A stretch of DNA of 34,345 nucleotides, from positions 67,318 to 101,662 of the IMG/VR virus record IMGVR_UViG_2974729448_000001. One strand, given 5' to 3'. A program made the translations under genes and the position numbers. Below, one piece after another: positions 20,901-28,838 of this stretch. The stretch's first letter is position 1; every line of letters begins with the position of its first letter. Below the pieces are notes generated by a model. It was given only the letters and a program-made list of their open reading frames with translations. It had not been told where the DNA came from and ran no database searches. The stretch comes from a virus. Its lineage: Duplodnaviria; Heunggongvirae; Uroviricota; Caudoviricetes; Crassvirales.

Positions 20901-22044
20901 CAGTTTTATGTTGAAATTGTACTCCAAACCTGTAAGTCTCACCATATTTAAATGTAGTAATCTGCGATGAAGAAAATTTAAGCTGATTTATATAAGGGTA
21001 AGTTCCATAAACTTCATTTGCATATAAATCTTTGGTACTAAAGTTTATAGTACCTCCTCTTAGTGCATTCTTAATTGTAGGAGTAACTAATTTTCTGTTA
21101 ATCTTATAATTACCTAAGAATAAAGTATTATCCTTCTGGGTCATAGTCTTAAATACTACATCCTCCCCTCCTACATATAATAGTTCTGTTGGGTCAATAC
21201 TACTTCCTGTAGTGTTAGTGTCTACATAACTTACAGTACTTCCACTGATAACAATATCAGCTACATTCTTAACTACAGGAGTTGCATCTATTGAAGTCCT
21301 ATATATGGAGTATAATCTTATGTATTCAAAACTTGTATCTACATTTGATAACTGTATTCTAAATGAATTACTTACCTTATCTTCGGGAGACCCACCTCTA
21401 TCACCAAAAGAAGTATATAGAAGGTCTGAAGTGGCAAATATATTACTCTCCTGCCCATACTTATTAAAGTAGGTCATTGCATACTGAATAACTCCGGGGG
21501 CAAACAGTCCATTGGCTGTATCTATTCTACTGACTTTCAAGGTTTCCTTTAACCCAAGAACCTGAACAAAGTCAAAAGAGTTATTAGTATATTTAGAAGT
21601 ATCTGCTATAATATTTATTACCCTTGGTCTGTTTAATCCATCAGTCCAGTATATCTTCTGAATATTATCATTCTCATATATACTTAAGGCTTCAATAGGG
21701 TATTCCACATTGAAGCCAAGATTACCTTGAAACAATAACTTGCTTTCAAAGAAGTTATTTGGTTTATATTCAAGTCTGTATATTCTGTCTGTGCCTGAAT
21801 TTGTAGTAAATATAACCACATAGTTATTTAGAATGGCACTTCCTAAGTATTGTCCTTCTATTTGGGTAGGAGTTATAGTAACCTCCTTGTTACCTTTTTC
21901 ATTTGTTACTGAAAGGGCAGTGGAGTTCTCTCTTGCAGTTATTCTAATATTCATTGCATCATACATATAATTATTAGATAACTTACTTTTAGAGATATCC
22001 CTGTTCATCCCTTTTGGTATAAATTGTACTACTTTAGATTCCAT
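17908..22044 (-). CDS. Muzzle / tail stabilization protein (P22 gp10-like beta-propeller), 1378 aa
   Basis: N-terminus QFIPKGMNRDISKSK...DAMNIRI and repeated beta-strand blades (IYWTDGLNRPRVINI). C-terminal KKFNVWRALVPRD...RIRNTWAYIKL. Sits after a ring gene, and the size matches recalled crAss muzzle proteins. Confidence 0.8.
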   Translation of the reverse strand: MESKVVQFIPKGMNRDISKSKLSNNYMYDAMNIRITARENSTALSVTNEKGNKEVTITPTQIEGQYLGSAILNNYVVIFTTNSGTDRIYRLEYKPNNFFESKLLFQGNLGFNVEYPIEALSIYENDNIQKIYWTDGLNRPRVINIIADTSKYTNNSFDFVQVLGLKETLKVSRIDTANGLFAPGVIQYAMTYFNKYGQESNIFATSDLLYTSFGDRGGSPEDKVSNSFRIQLSNVDTSFEYIRLYSIYRTSIDATPVVKNVADIVISGSTVSYVDTNTTGSSIDPTELLYVGGEDVVFKTMTQKDNTLFLGNYKINRKLVTPTIKNALRGGTINFSTKDLYANEVYGTYPYINQLKFSSSQITTFKYGETYRFGVQFQHKTGKWSEAIFINDSVVNQHPSVINVATSGGKERYKLVTGYYDLNNATIIQQLVNLGYVRARGIVVYPSPSDRTILCQGVVCPTVANIKDRINNSPYAQSSWFFRPFAPNSMNSQDWDKVPCPVANIHNYTLASANRKGGEVQSNDYINRLFSSYKKFSSTQERLNYVSPYDDQFVIDQNIVTFHSPDIEFNDELQSIDGQSVKFRIVGVISLDALQSDVSVLAETPNPDPSDLGMYKPFIQVTSSSLGNEDGWKILSAAPLWMAKGKKDANNLFSFPVGWMVYPWHRNGSLVNVGNVAENEKIPAKLKQKKLSNLRYSLSTTYFDIDKVWYAERDDANHNGITNVNIFNSNEVSLIKINPPTNSGLGNLNYYGNVDRILAPGFYGDYIDNKGYTIWLAGWNNGSGYENGDYNTIFNSTVVSTYNIKEITNSNMKYFTEPISVKYKSTPHAVFAFNYTSKSQQVILPDNGNNPISTAINGVDVNIPPVWLDSFPTTETLPIYQDIISGATSAGLWIGELYNDNVINRFGGTSEEALEANRWVAAGPVVNLTNDSGAVVTSARIIYNEGDTYFQRYDCLKTYPFTLEDQNSVVEIMSFMCETRINIDGRYDRNRGQANNLVMTPQNFNLLNPVYSQKNNFFNYRSINYNRYNIDYFPNSVTWTKTKLLGEVTDTWTNITVASTLDLDGDKGELRLLEKLGNEIFSFQDKGIANILFNSRVQIPTSEGVPIEISNSYKVDGKRYVTIAHGLQNKWAKTITPSGMYFIDNITNDIMLFNGQQLSSISSEKGFRTFIGETNSLTEWNSRDFSNYIIQYDATNDDVYFIKKDICLCYSELLQEFTSFFNYENVPFMFNMNGNFYSYKNNTIWQHELGDYNSFYGEPKPYYVTVVCNPDEPYDKIFNVVEYRADFYDQSGVFMPLTSFDKLEVWNEYQSGLSMLSMNEATSSNLKKKFNVWRALVPRDSANGRDRIRNTWAYIKLSNICKNNYRAELHDIMVHYNV

Positions 22045-22045
22045 A

Positions 22046-22735
22046 TTAATGTAGTTTTATATATTCCTTGTCTCCCAAATGTTGGAAGCCTTTCTTAAAT
22101 TCATTCATCCTTGGAATAAGTTGGTTCCACATGTTAGTGATTGACTCCATCTCTGATACAGAAGGAATGATAAATTCATTATTACACTGAGCTGCTTTAA
22201 AGGCATAAGATTGTTGTGTATTCTGCATCACAGCAGGACTTATTTTGCCCATATCAAATAGAATGGTAAACCACTCTTTCTTTATATATAACTCCAGTGT
22301 AGCAAGGAAAATAGAGTTATTTGGAAGCAAAGGAAATCCATCACTATCAACTGCTATTGCATTATAACTTATATCCACTTTGCCAGTCCTGAAGGAAGTA
22401 AAGATAACAGAGCCTTGTGTCTTAAAACTATTCTCTCTTCTTTCAGAGTGATTATGGGGGTTTACAAAAGTACTTGTCATAGACCTCAAGCATTCTCCAG
22501 TATCAGATAATCTGACTTGATTTATGGATACTAAATCACATGGTAATATACCTCTGTAGTCCTCTATATTTATTGTACATTCCTTTTGTATTTTAGTGTT
22601 AGGTAGTCCCATTATACCAATAAAGTCAACAGTATATTGTACTGCTGATTCTATTGACAAATCACTTAATAAAGGGTGTCTAAGTAATCTACTTAAGACC
22701 TCTCTGATATTTATAAAATCTATATTGTTAACCAT
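22046..22735 (-). CDS. Tail ring protein (R1-like; tail tubular / P22 gp4-like)
   Basis: 229 aa directly upstream of the muzzle gene. Has the LPCDLVSINQV and FPLLPNN motifs of crAss tail tubular proteins. Confidence 0.7.
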   Translation of the reverse strand: MVNNIDFINIREVLSRLLRHPLLSDLSIESAVQYTVDFIGIMGLPNTKIQKECTINIEDYRGILPCDLVSINQVRLSDTGECLRSMTSTFVNPHNHSERRENSFKTQGSVIFTSFRTGKVDISYNAIAVDSDGFPLLPNNSIFLATLELYIKKEWFTILFDMGKISPAVMQNTQQSYAFKAAQCNNEFIIPSVSEMESITNMWNQLIPRMNEFKKGFQHLGDKEYIKLH

Positions 22736-23288
22736 AATTTACTTTCTTTTCTAAGTATAAGGCATCTACAGAGCCTTCTTTTATTCTTTTACTTAATCTA
22801 ATCTTTAAATCCTTATTAAATAAGAACTCATAGTAGGAGTTATTATTATAATTAGCTAACTCTCTATTATAGTATATTTTAAAGACTTCTTTTTCCTCCA
22901 CTTTAACAAGTGTTTTATTCTTGTGGGCTTCCTCATCTTCATACCAAAGTTCTATTGTTTTATTCCAATCAATAGGAAGGTTAGTTCTGACTTTACCATC
23001 CTCTCCAATTTTAATACTTCTATTATTCTTTCTTAGCTCAATAGAACCCATTCTATGTGGAAGTTTCACATCATGACCTTGAATTATTTCTTCTACAAGA
23101 AGAAGGTTTATCTTTCTTGTAATAGCAAAGTATTGAGACTCAGTAAGTACATATTCTTTAGATTTTGGCTTATTCTTCCTGTAATATTTATAGCCATCAT
23201 ATATTCCTAATGAGTTATTTACTTTATACTTCTTAGGATGATTAACCTTCTTAATCCTTCTCTTAAATTCATCTAAACTTTCTATCAT
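22728..23288 (-). CDS. IHF/HU-like DNA-binding protein (crAss tail-module type)
   Basis: Basic 186-aa protein. The segment LLLVEEIIQGHDVKLPHRMGSIELRK resembles the HU/IHF helix-strand core. An IHF-like gene at this position is a known crAss feature. Confidence 0.65.
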   Translation of the reverse strand: MIESLDEFKRRIKKVNHPKKYKVNNSLGIYDGYKYYRKNKPKSKEYVLTESQYFAITRKINLLLVEEIIQGHDVKLPHRMGSIELRKNNRSIKIGEDGKVRTNLPIDWNKTIELWYEDEEAHKNKTLVKVEEKEVFKIYYNRELANYNNNSYYEFLFNKDLKIRLSKRIKEGSVDALYLEKKVNYG

Positions 23289-23968
23289 CTTCTAACTTCA
23301 TCAAGGTTATCTTGTGCATCATTTACTTCATCTTTTGGAGAATACTCAGGACCCCTCAACTCCTTAACTACAAGCTCTATTAATGGAGGGATAAGTCCAT
23401 CCTCAATAGGAAAGTCTTTATCCATTATATCACAGATATCACCATCTTCTGATGGACATTCATAATCTGCTGCCTTCTCTGCATCTTCAAAGATAGCTGT
23501 AAACCTTACATTTTCAAGATACAGGAACTGAGGATTAAATGATTTAAAATATAGATAGCCATCAGGAGCAATAGAGCAGTAGATTATATTCTGTAGAAAC
23601 TTATTATATCCTACATACCTCATCCTATCTCTACTTATATATGATATTTCTCCTTGATAAAAATCAATAGGATATACTCTTGGATTACCTATCTTCATAG
23701 TGACAGGTAACTTATTTTCACTTCTTAAGTAACATCCTCCTTCACAAGCTTCTCCTGATATAGCTGGAACTTGTTTAAGCTCTAAACATAGTGTCTGATA
23801 GTTACTCTCTGGTATAGGTTTTTTTATATCAGAATATCTTTGCTTAAGTAGAAATACTCTATACTTGAATAGCAAGAATGATATATGGTCTGGTGTAAAT
23901 GTAGCATCATCTGAACTTAACTTAAGCTCATCTATACACATATATGTCAATTCTTTTAATGTCGCCAT
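23285..23968 (-). CDS. Tail ring protein (R2-like)
   Basis: 227 aa. N-terminal helical MATLKELTYMC...SDD and C-terminal FPIEDGLIPPLIELVVKEL are of the ring-protein type; synteny supports the call. Confidence 0.65.
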   Translation of the reverse strand: MATLKELTYMCIDELKLSSDDATFTPDHISFLLFKYRVFLLKQRYSDIKKPIPESNYQTLCLELKQVPAISGEACEGGCYLRSENKLPVTMKIGNPRVYPIDFYQGEISYISRDRMRYVGYNKFLQNIIYCSIAPDGYLYFKSFNPQFLYLENVRFTAIFEDAEKAADYECPSEDGDICDIMDKDFPIEDGLIPPLIELVVKELRGPEYSPKDEVNDAQDNLDEVRR

Positions 23969-23990
23969 AATAATTTATTTAGTTATTAAA

Positions 23991-24046
23991 CAATAAAACC
24001 ATTGCAAATATAAGTAAAGTAACTCATATATACAATGGTTTTATTG
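23991..24046. repeat. 56-nt near-perfect inverted repeat (hairpin)
   Basis: Perfect 14-bp arms CAATAAAACCATTG (23991-24004) and CAATGGTTTTATTG (24033-24046). On the minus-strand RNA the stem extends 11 more pairs (two G-U, one mismatch) around a 6-nt loop. Confidence 0.9.
24003..24035 (-). promoter_or_regulatory. Bacteroidota-type promoter for the R2-IHF-R1-muzzle genes
   Basis: Minus strand TTG-N20-TATATTTGCA (TAnnTTTG), about 35 nt upstream of the ATG at 23968. Confidence 0.65.
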
Positions 24047-24074
24047 ATTTTATTTGTTGACTATAAGGATAATA

Positions 24075-24731
24075 CTACTTTATACCTCTCATCTCAACTA
24101 CAATAGGTTCTGTAGAATAAGAGAAAATCCACAATGAAAAAGTGATTATTCTCTGGTTTTCATTTATGGCTGGGATTATATAATCTCCACTTTTATTTAT
24201 AGGGGTTATATAATCTACTCTCTCTCTTTCAAATATACTATGCTCAATTTCTACCTCCATTTGAATCTGAAAGTTCTTACTATTAGTCTTAACTCTGAGT
24301 ATATAAGAAGGAATTGAAAGAGATGGATATAACTCATTTCTAAGTGGAGTGTTTACCCACTTAATTACATAGTTATCATCTATTACTTTATTTACAGTTA
24401 TCTTATAGTCAGTAATATTCACCCCTTCCATTTGAAATTCTGCATCTGTAAATTTAATAGGAGGAATAATAAAAGGCTCAATCTCTTCCACTTTATCATA
24501 GTATTCTGGAAAATCTATCAAACATGTAGTTCCACACAAGCAGTATACAACTCTTGATATAGTCCTTAAATCTTCTTCTGTAATGAAGCTTTTAAAGTCT
24601 GTGAGTAACTCATCAAGAAATAATAGAGCAAGTAATTTGTATACATCATCATAACTTTTATAACCAAACTGTGATAATGCTATAAAGTAATTATCAAGTG
24701 CCTCTGTTTGTAATTTAGCCAATTCATCCAT
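24075..24731 (-). CDS. Tail hub protein B-like, with a C-terminal beta-rich extension
   Basis: Likely start is ATG 24731 (MDELAK), overlapping the upstream stop, not 24767. A helical ~80-aa N-domain ends YCLCGTTCLIDFP and is followed by ~135 aa of beta-strand-like sequence. Assignment is from synteny. Confidence 0.55.
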   Translation of the reverse strand: MDELAKLQTEALDNYFIALSQFGYKSYDDVYKLLALLFLDELLTDFKSFITEEDLRTISRVVYCLCGTTCLIDFPEYYDKVEEIEPFIIPPIKFTDAEFQMEGVNITDYKITVNKVIDDNYVIKWVNTPLRNELYPSLSIPSYILRVKTNSKNFQIQMEVEIEHSIFERERVDYITPINKSGDYIIPAINENQRIITFSLWIFSYSTEPIVVEMRGIK

Positions 24732-25254
24732 GACAAATACATTTAGTTGTAGTTGAACTTGTATCAAGGAAGAACTTCTTCCAATATTTGATAGCCATAG
24801 TGTAATTCTGTGTCAGCATACTTATTGATATTGCCTTAAGCCTTAACATCTTATTTACAAAGTTCTTAGGTATGCAACAAGTATTTTCTACTTCCTTTAC
24901 ACTATTCATAAGACATCTGTATATAGGGTCAAGGTTAACCACAGCTTTACTTATTGTTGCTTCTTGAGAACCATTCTGACTTTTAACCCAAACTATAAAC
25001 ATTCTATCTTCTAATGGAATCTTCAAATCAGTTTGAGACAGGATAATTGAAGCATTAGCTACAGAACCTGAGCTTAAGTCAATTGTATGTACAGGATTAC
25101 TACTTGGTCCTCCTAAGACATAAGTCTCATCAGAATCTATAATTATAGTTTGGATATATTCTTTAGTAGCTCCTTCATTATAAACAGTTGAAACATCTAT
25201 CATAAGATGTTTGTCATCAGGGCTTATCTCTAATCTGTTAAAATGTACATCCAT
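24724..25254 (-). CDS. Tail hub protein A-like
   Basis: 176 aa. Beta-rich N-domain (HFNRLEISPDDKHLMIDVS), helical Cys-containing C-domain (NTCCIPKNF...AIKYWKKF...KCICHG). First gene after the auxiliary-capsid terminator. Confidence 0.6.
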   Translation of the reverse strand: MDVHFNRLEISPDDKHLMIDVSTVYNEGATKEYIQTIIIDSDETYVLGGPSSNPVHTIDLSSGSVANASIILSQTDLKIPLEDRMFIVWVKSQNGSQEATISKAVVNLDPIYRCLMNSVKEVENTCCIPKNFVNKMLRLKAISISMLTQNYTMAIKYWKKFFLDTSSTTTKCICHG

Positions 25255-25273
25255 AATCTTTATTATTAGTGAT

Positions 25274-25305
25274 AAAAAAAAGGAGCATAGAACCCTATGC
25301 CCCTT
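25274..25305 (-). terminator. Intrinsic terminator after the auxiliary capsid gene
   Basis: Minus strand AAGGGGCATAG-GGTT-CTATGCTCC-T8. Confidence 0.85.
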
Positions 25306-25323
25306 ATATTTTACTAAACTCTC

Positions 25324-26328
25324 TTATGCTGGGTCAGCAATAGATAGTCCTGAAGCTGTATTTACAGCAGCTACCAGAGCTTTCATCAAAGTGTGACTTC
25401 CATCATCTTCACAAACAATTGTGATAGTTTTTTCAGACTTCTGAACTGACTCATTAGAACCAATGTATGAATAGTGAATATCCAGAGTATCATACTTCTT
25501 ACTTGGGTCAACTAAGTAAGTTGTAACAATGTTGTTAGGATATCCCATACCTCTATACATATCTCCTCTTGCACCCATGCAGAAATATTCAAGGTCTGCA
25601 ATATTATGACCATTCTCTACTTTCTTAGTAGAAGCTACTTTCTTAACATCACCCCAAACAATCTCTTCACCATCAACTGTAATAGTTGTAGGCTGTACAC
25701 TGAAAGGAATAAATGCCTGAGGCATCTTACCAAGAATCCAATCTTGTTGTACCTCCTCAATTATAATCTTATCATAGTCAGTCTCGTTAAGTTCAGACTC
25801 TTTAGTTGTTGATGTAACTGGAACATCAGTACCATCTGCTGCTGCACTATTCAGATAGATATTTACCAGAGGAGTAGTCTCATTAGCAATATTCTTAGCA
25901 AGAGACAAAGCCAATGCTTTGTAGAAGTTAGAGGCAGTCATTCCTGAAGTAGCCTTAACAAAGCCATACTTGAAGTACTGGTCATCTTCTCCAAGACCAA
26001 TAAACTGTCTAAATGCAAGTCTCAATACATATTCCTGAGCCTGAACTGGTGCAGGAGCCAATGCTGAAAGAGTTACTTGATATCTTGCCAATTTATGTGC
26101 CATACTGCCTGAAGCAGTTGCTTTAGCAGAGATTATATTGGCAATTGTAATTTTATCACTTGATACAATACCTGCTGGACTCATGTACTGAAAGTACAAA
26201 GTAGATTTGGCAGTATCTGATTTTGGAAGAATAAAACCTGCTGCATCTGTAGGTAGCAAGTTATCATCTGTCTTTAATGCTTTTTCGACATATAAATGTC
26301 TTACTTGGTTGATTGAAAATGTTGCCAT
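25324..26328 (-). CDS. Auxiliary capsid (decoration) protein-like, 334 aa
   Basis: MATFSINQVRHLYV N-terminus and DLEYFCMGARGDMYRGMGYP motif. Follows two ring genes and has its own terminator, as expected for a high-copy protein. Confidence 0.7.
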   Translation of the reverse strand: MATFSINQVRHLYVEKALKTDDNLLPTDAAGFILPKSDTAKSTLYFQYMSPAGIVSSDKITIANIISAKATASGSMAHKLARYQVTLSALAPAPVQAQEYVLRLAFRQFIGLGEDDQYFKYGFVKATSGMTASNFYKALALSLAKNIANETTPLVNIYLNSAAADGTDVPVTSTTKESELNETDYDKIIIEEVQQDWILGKMPQAFIPFSVQPTTITVDGEEIVWGDVKKVASTKKVENGHNIADLEYFCMGARGDMYRGMGYPNNIVTTYLVDPSKKYDTLDIHYSYIGSNESVQKSEKTITIVCEDDGSHTLMKALVAAVNTASGLSIADPA

Positions 26329-26356
26329 TTTAATATAAGTTTAATTAAACAATTCT

Positions 26357-27061
26357 TTATTTACTACCTGCTTGTAGGTTCCTACTTATAATAGCAAGCC
26401 TGACTGCCCTCTCAAGTATTGCCCTATGTGTTACAGGATTTAATTTACATTCTGTTATAGTATTAACTCCATTGATACTTAAATCAGGAGATAGATTAAC
26501 TAATATAATAGGGTCAGGCTTTGATAAGTATCTGACTAAATACTTGTCAATATTATAATCAGATACAATCTCAACTATATTATCTTTTATATCAAGTCTT
26601 AATGCTCTTCCTCTTCCTGGACCTCTAAATGGATTTCTATATACCTTGTAGAAATCATCTTGAGCTACTGGAGTTATAGAAGCTTCTTCTCCATCAAGGC
26701 ATCCTAATCTTGAGTCTTTTAATACTGCTGATTCATAAGTAATAAACCATACATCCTCAGGTATCTGAAAGAACATTGAACTTTTAGATAATCCTAAGTG
26801 ACCTGTTACTTTATCACTTGTTTCAAAGGTCTTTACTAAGTTACTTAAGTATCTTCTGACTTCTTCTGTTCTCTCTAAACTATCTCCATACTGATTCTTA
26901 CCTGTATAGATTTCTATTATAACCTCTTCCTGAGCATTAGTCAGGAATACTGATTTTTCATATTCATCAAAAGCAAGAGGAACAGTGGAACCAAATTCTA
27001 TACTTGCTGAGTATGAATCAAGCAAGGTATCAAATTCATCTGAAAATTCACTTGTAGTCAT
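26357..27061 (-). CDS. Tail ring protein (R3-like)
   Basis: 234 aa; clear paralog of the adjacent gene (MTTSEFSxEFD, EYEKSVFLTxAQEE, YxVRYxxxPxPIIL, ECxLNPxxHxxILxRxVxLA). TAATG stop/start overlap at 27061. Confidence 0.75.
   Translation of the reverse strand: MTTSEFSDEFDTLLDSYSASIEFGSTVPLAFDEYEKSVFLTNAQEEVIIEIYTGKNQYGDSLERTEEVRRYLSNLVKTFETSDKVTGHLGLSKSSMFFQIPEDVWFITYESAVLKDSRLGCLDGEEASITPVAQDDFYKVYRNPFRGPGRGRALRLDIKDNIVEIVSDYNIDKYLVRYLSKPDPIILVNLSPDLSINGVNTITECKLNPVTHRAILERAVRLAIISRNLQAGSK
27029..27061 (-). repeat. 33-nt direct repeat, copy 1 (5' end of the R3-like gene)
   Basis: ATGACTACAAGTGAATTTTCAGATGAATTTGAT; 32/33 identical to 27745-27777. Confidence 0.9.
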
Positions 27062-27777
27062 TATTCACTTCTATTACCTAATTCAACACTTGCCTTTAAA
27101 TCACCTTCATAAGCAGCTTTAGCTAACTCAACACCTCTTTGTAGGATTTCTCCATGAATCAAAGGATTAAGTTCACACTCACTGACAGTATCCTTACCAT
27201 TAATTGAAACATTTCCATATTCACTTGATAAGTTAGTAAGGATAATAGGAGCAGGTCTTCTTATATATCTTACTGTATATTTAGTTATTGTCTCACCAGA
27301 ATGAGCAATTACCTCTGACTGAACAGTATTCCCTTCTCCCTTAGTAACAAGTCTCCATGCTTGATATTTAAGAGGCTCTTTATAAGGCTTTGACATCAGT
27401 CTTGTGTATTCATCATATCTGATTGGTATTACTTGCTTTACTCCTGTATTAGTTGTAAGGCTTTCATTAATCATTAAGAATAAATCATTAGGCAGTTTAT
27501 ATACCTTTGCTCTGATATCAAATGTTGTTGAAGAAGAACTAATAGCAGTTCCATCAGCTACAGTAATAAGTCCTGAAAAATCTATCTGTCTTTTTGCAGA
27601 ACCATCAAACCCCTCAGAGTATTTATTACCTTTGGGGTTGAAGTAGTTCTTTATAATTTCCTCCTGTGCCTTAGTTAAGAATACTGATTTCTCATATTCA
27701 TTCAAGCCAGGAGCAGCATTAGACATTATATTGTTATACAGGACATCAAATTCATTTGAAAATTCACTTGTAGTCAT
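27061..27777 (-). CDS. Tail ring protein (R4/R5-like; conserved crAss protein)
   Basis: 238 aa with FDVLYNNIMSNAAPGLNEYEKSVFLTKAQ, characteristic of this conserved crAss family. Paralog of the next gene. Confidence 0.75.
   Translation of the reverse strand: MTTSEFSNEFDVLYNNIMSNAAPGLNEYEKSVFLTKAQEEIIKNYFNPKGNKYSEGFDGSAKRQIDFSGLITVADGTAISSSSTTFDIRAKVYKLPNDLFLMINESLTTNTGVKQVIPIRYDEYTRLMSKPYKEPLKYQAWRLVTKGEGNTVQSEVIAHSGETITKYTVRYIRRPAPIILTNLSSEYGNVSINGKDTVSECELNPLIHGEILQRGVELAKAAYEGDLKASVELGNRSE
27745..27777 (-). repeat. 33-nt direct repeat, copy 2 (5' end of the R4-like gene)
   Basis: ATGACTACAAGTGAATTTTCAAATGAATTTGAT; 716 bp from copy 1. Confidence 0.9.
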
Positions 27778-27792
27778 TTCATTTATACTTGA

Positions 27793-28773
27793 TTACTCTT
27801 TTACTTTAGCTTCTATACTAAACTTCAAATCCTGATTCTTTGGAAGATTCAGATATTTAGCAGCTATATTGAGAGTAGGTTCTTCATTATCACCACATAA
27901 TGGGGTGCCATCAGACTTCAAGTATAACATACCACCTCTGTTACTGATTACTCCTTCCTCAATAGCTTTCTTAATTAAGCCTTTGGTTGGAAGTAATGGG
28001 TCAGTTGCAACTCTCAAGAAAAGTTTAGCATCTGCTTTAATCAGGTTATTAATCTTTTCCTGCAAGAACTCAAGCTTAGAATTCTTTGAGGTTGGTCTGC
28101 CATCAATAGTCTCAATGATTGTTCTGAGGATTAAGATGTCATCTTGGATTTTACCAAATTCCATATAAGATTGCATTGTTAAGTTCATATCCTTCTTAGC
28201 ATTCTTAACTTCTTCACCTTCCTGTATAATCACAAATTGATATGTGGCTTTAGGATAATCTTGTAACTCTTGAAGAGATGGTGCAATATAAGTCTTGTTT
28301 GCAAGTAGGATTTTATACTTAATATAATCATCAGGGTCAGCCAAATTGAGGAAGTTATCTCCTTTGGTCAATCTAACCATAGCATTTTCCCAGAAGTTAT
28401 CTACTTTCTTATAGATACTAAGTGCATTGAATTCAAGTCCCATAATATCCTCAAGGAAGGATTTCTCTTTATCTGTAAGTACATTTACAAACATTCCTGA
28501 AGAAAGCTTAGGTACTGTAAACCATCTTACTGCTGCTTCAGCCATACCTCCATATAGAATATGTTTTGGGTCTCTTACTATACCACTTTCCTTTGGTACA
28601 AATCTTACAATAATTCTTTCATTTCTTAAACAGTTAATAGTATCCTCTCCCTCTACAACTGCTTGTTTCTTTTGCTTTTTAACAGCCTTAGGTTCAGGTG
28701 AAATAACATCAGTTACATCTTCTTGCTTCATAATTTCATCATCATCTAAAACTATACTAACTTCTTTAGCCAT
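27793..28773 (-). CDS. Conserved crAss-like protein downstream of MCP, function unknown
   Basis: 326-aa intact ORF in the position conserved in crAss genomes immediately after the MCP gene. No catalytic motif recognised. Confidence 0.7.
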   Translation of the reverse strand: MAKEVSIVLDDDEIMKQEDVTDVISPEPKAVKKQKKQAVVEGEDTINCLRNERIIVRFVPKESGIVRDPKHILYGGMAEAAVRWFTVPKLSSGMFVNVLTDKEKSFLEDIMGLEFNALSIYKKVDNFWENAMVRLTKGDNFLNLADPDDYIKYKILLANKTYIAPSLQELQDYPKATYQFVIIQEGEEVKNAKKDMNLTMQSYMEFGKIQDDILILRTIIETIDGRPTSKNSKLEFLQEKINNLIKADAKLFLRVATDPLLPTKGLIKKAIEEGVISNRGGMLYLKSDGTPLCGDNEEPTLNIAAKYLNLPKNQDLKFSIEAKVKE

Positions 28774-28796
28774 ACTTTACTTCTCCAATTTAAAAT

Positions 28797-28833
28797 AAAA
28801 AAAAAATAGGGAGAGGGAATATCCCACTCCCCT
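28797..28833 (-). terminator. Intrinsic terminator after the major capsid gene
   Basis: Minus strand GGGAG-T-GGGA-TAT-TCCC-T-CTCCC-TA-T10. Confidence 0.85.
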
Positions 28834-28838
28834 TTATA

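Noticed and set aside
24732-24767. Upstream start of the 230-aa ORF (MIQVQLQLNVFV)
   Set aside because: It lies inside the preceding gene. The ATG at 24731, overlapping that gene's stop, is the more plausible coupled start.
27029-27777. CRISPR array or DGR template/variable repeat interpretation of the 33-nt repeat
   Set aside because: There are only two copies, both coding gene starts. The single mismatch gives no evidence of a DGR hypermutation pattern, and no reverse transcriptase or cas gene is present in the window.
7298-28806. Homopolymer runs (T11 at 7298-7308, A8 near 25274, A10 at 28797-28806) as phase-variation tracts
   Set aside because: Each is the U-tract of an intrinsic terminator and lies outside coding sequence and promoter spacers.
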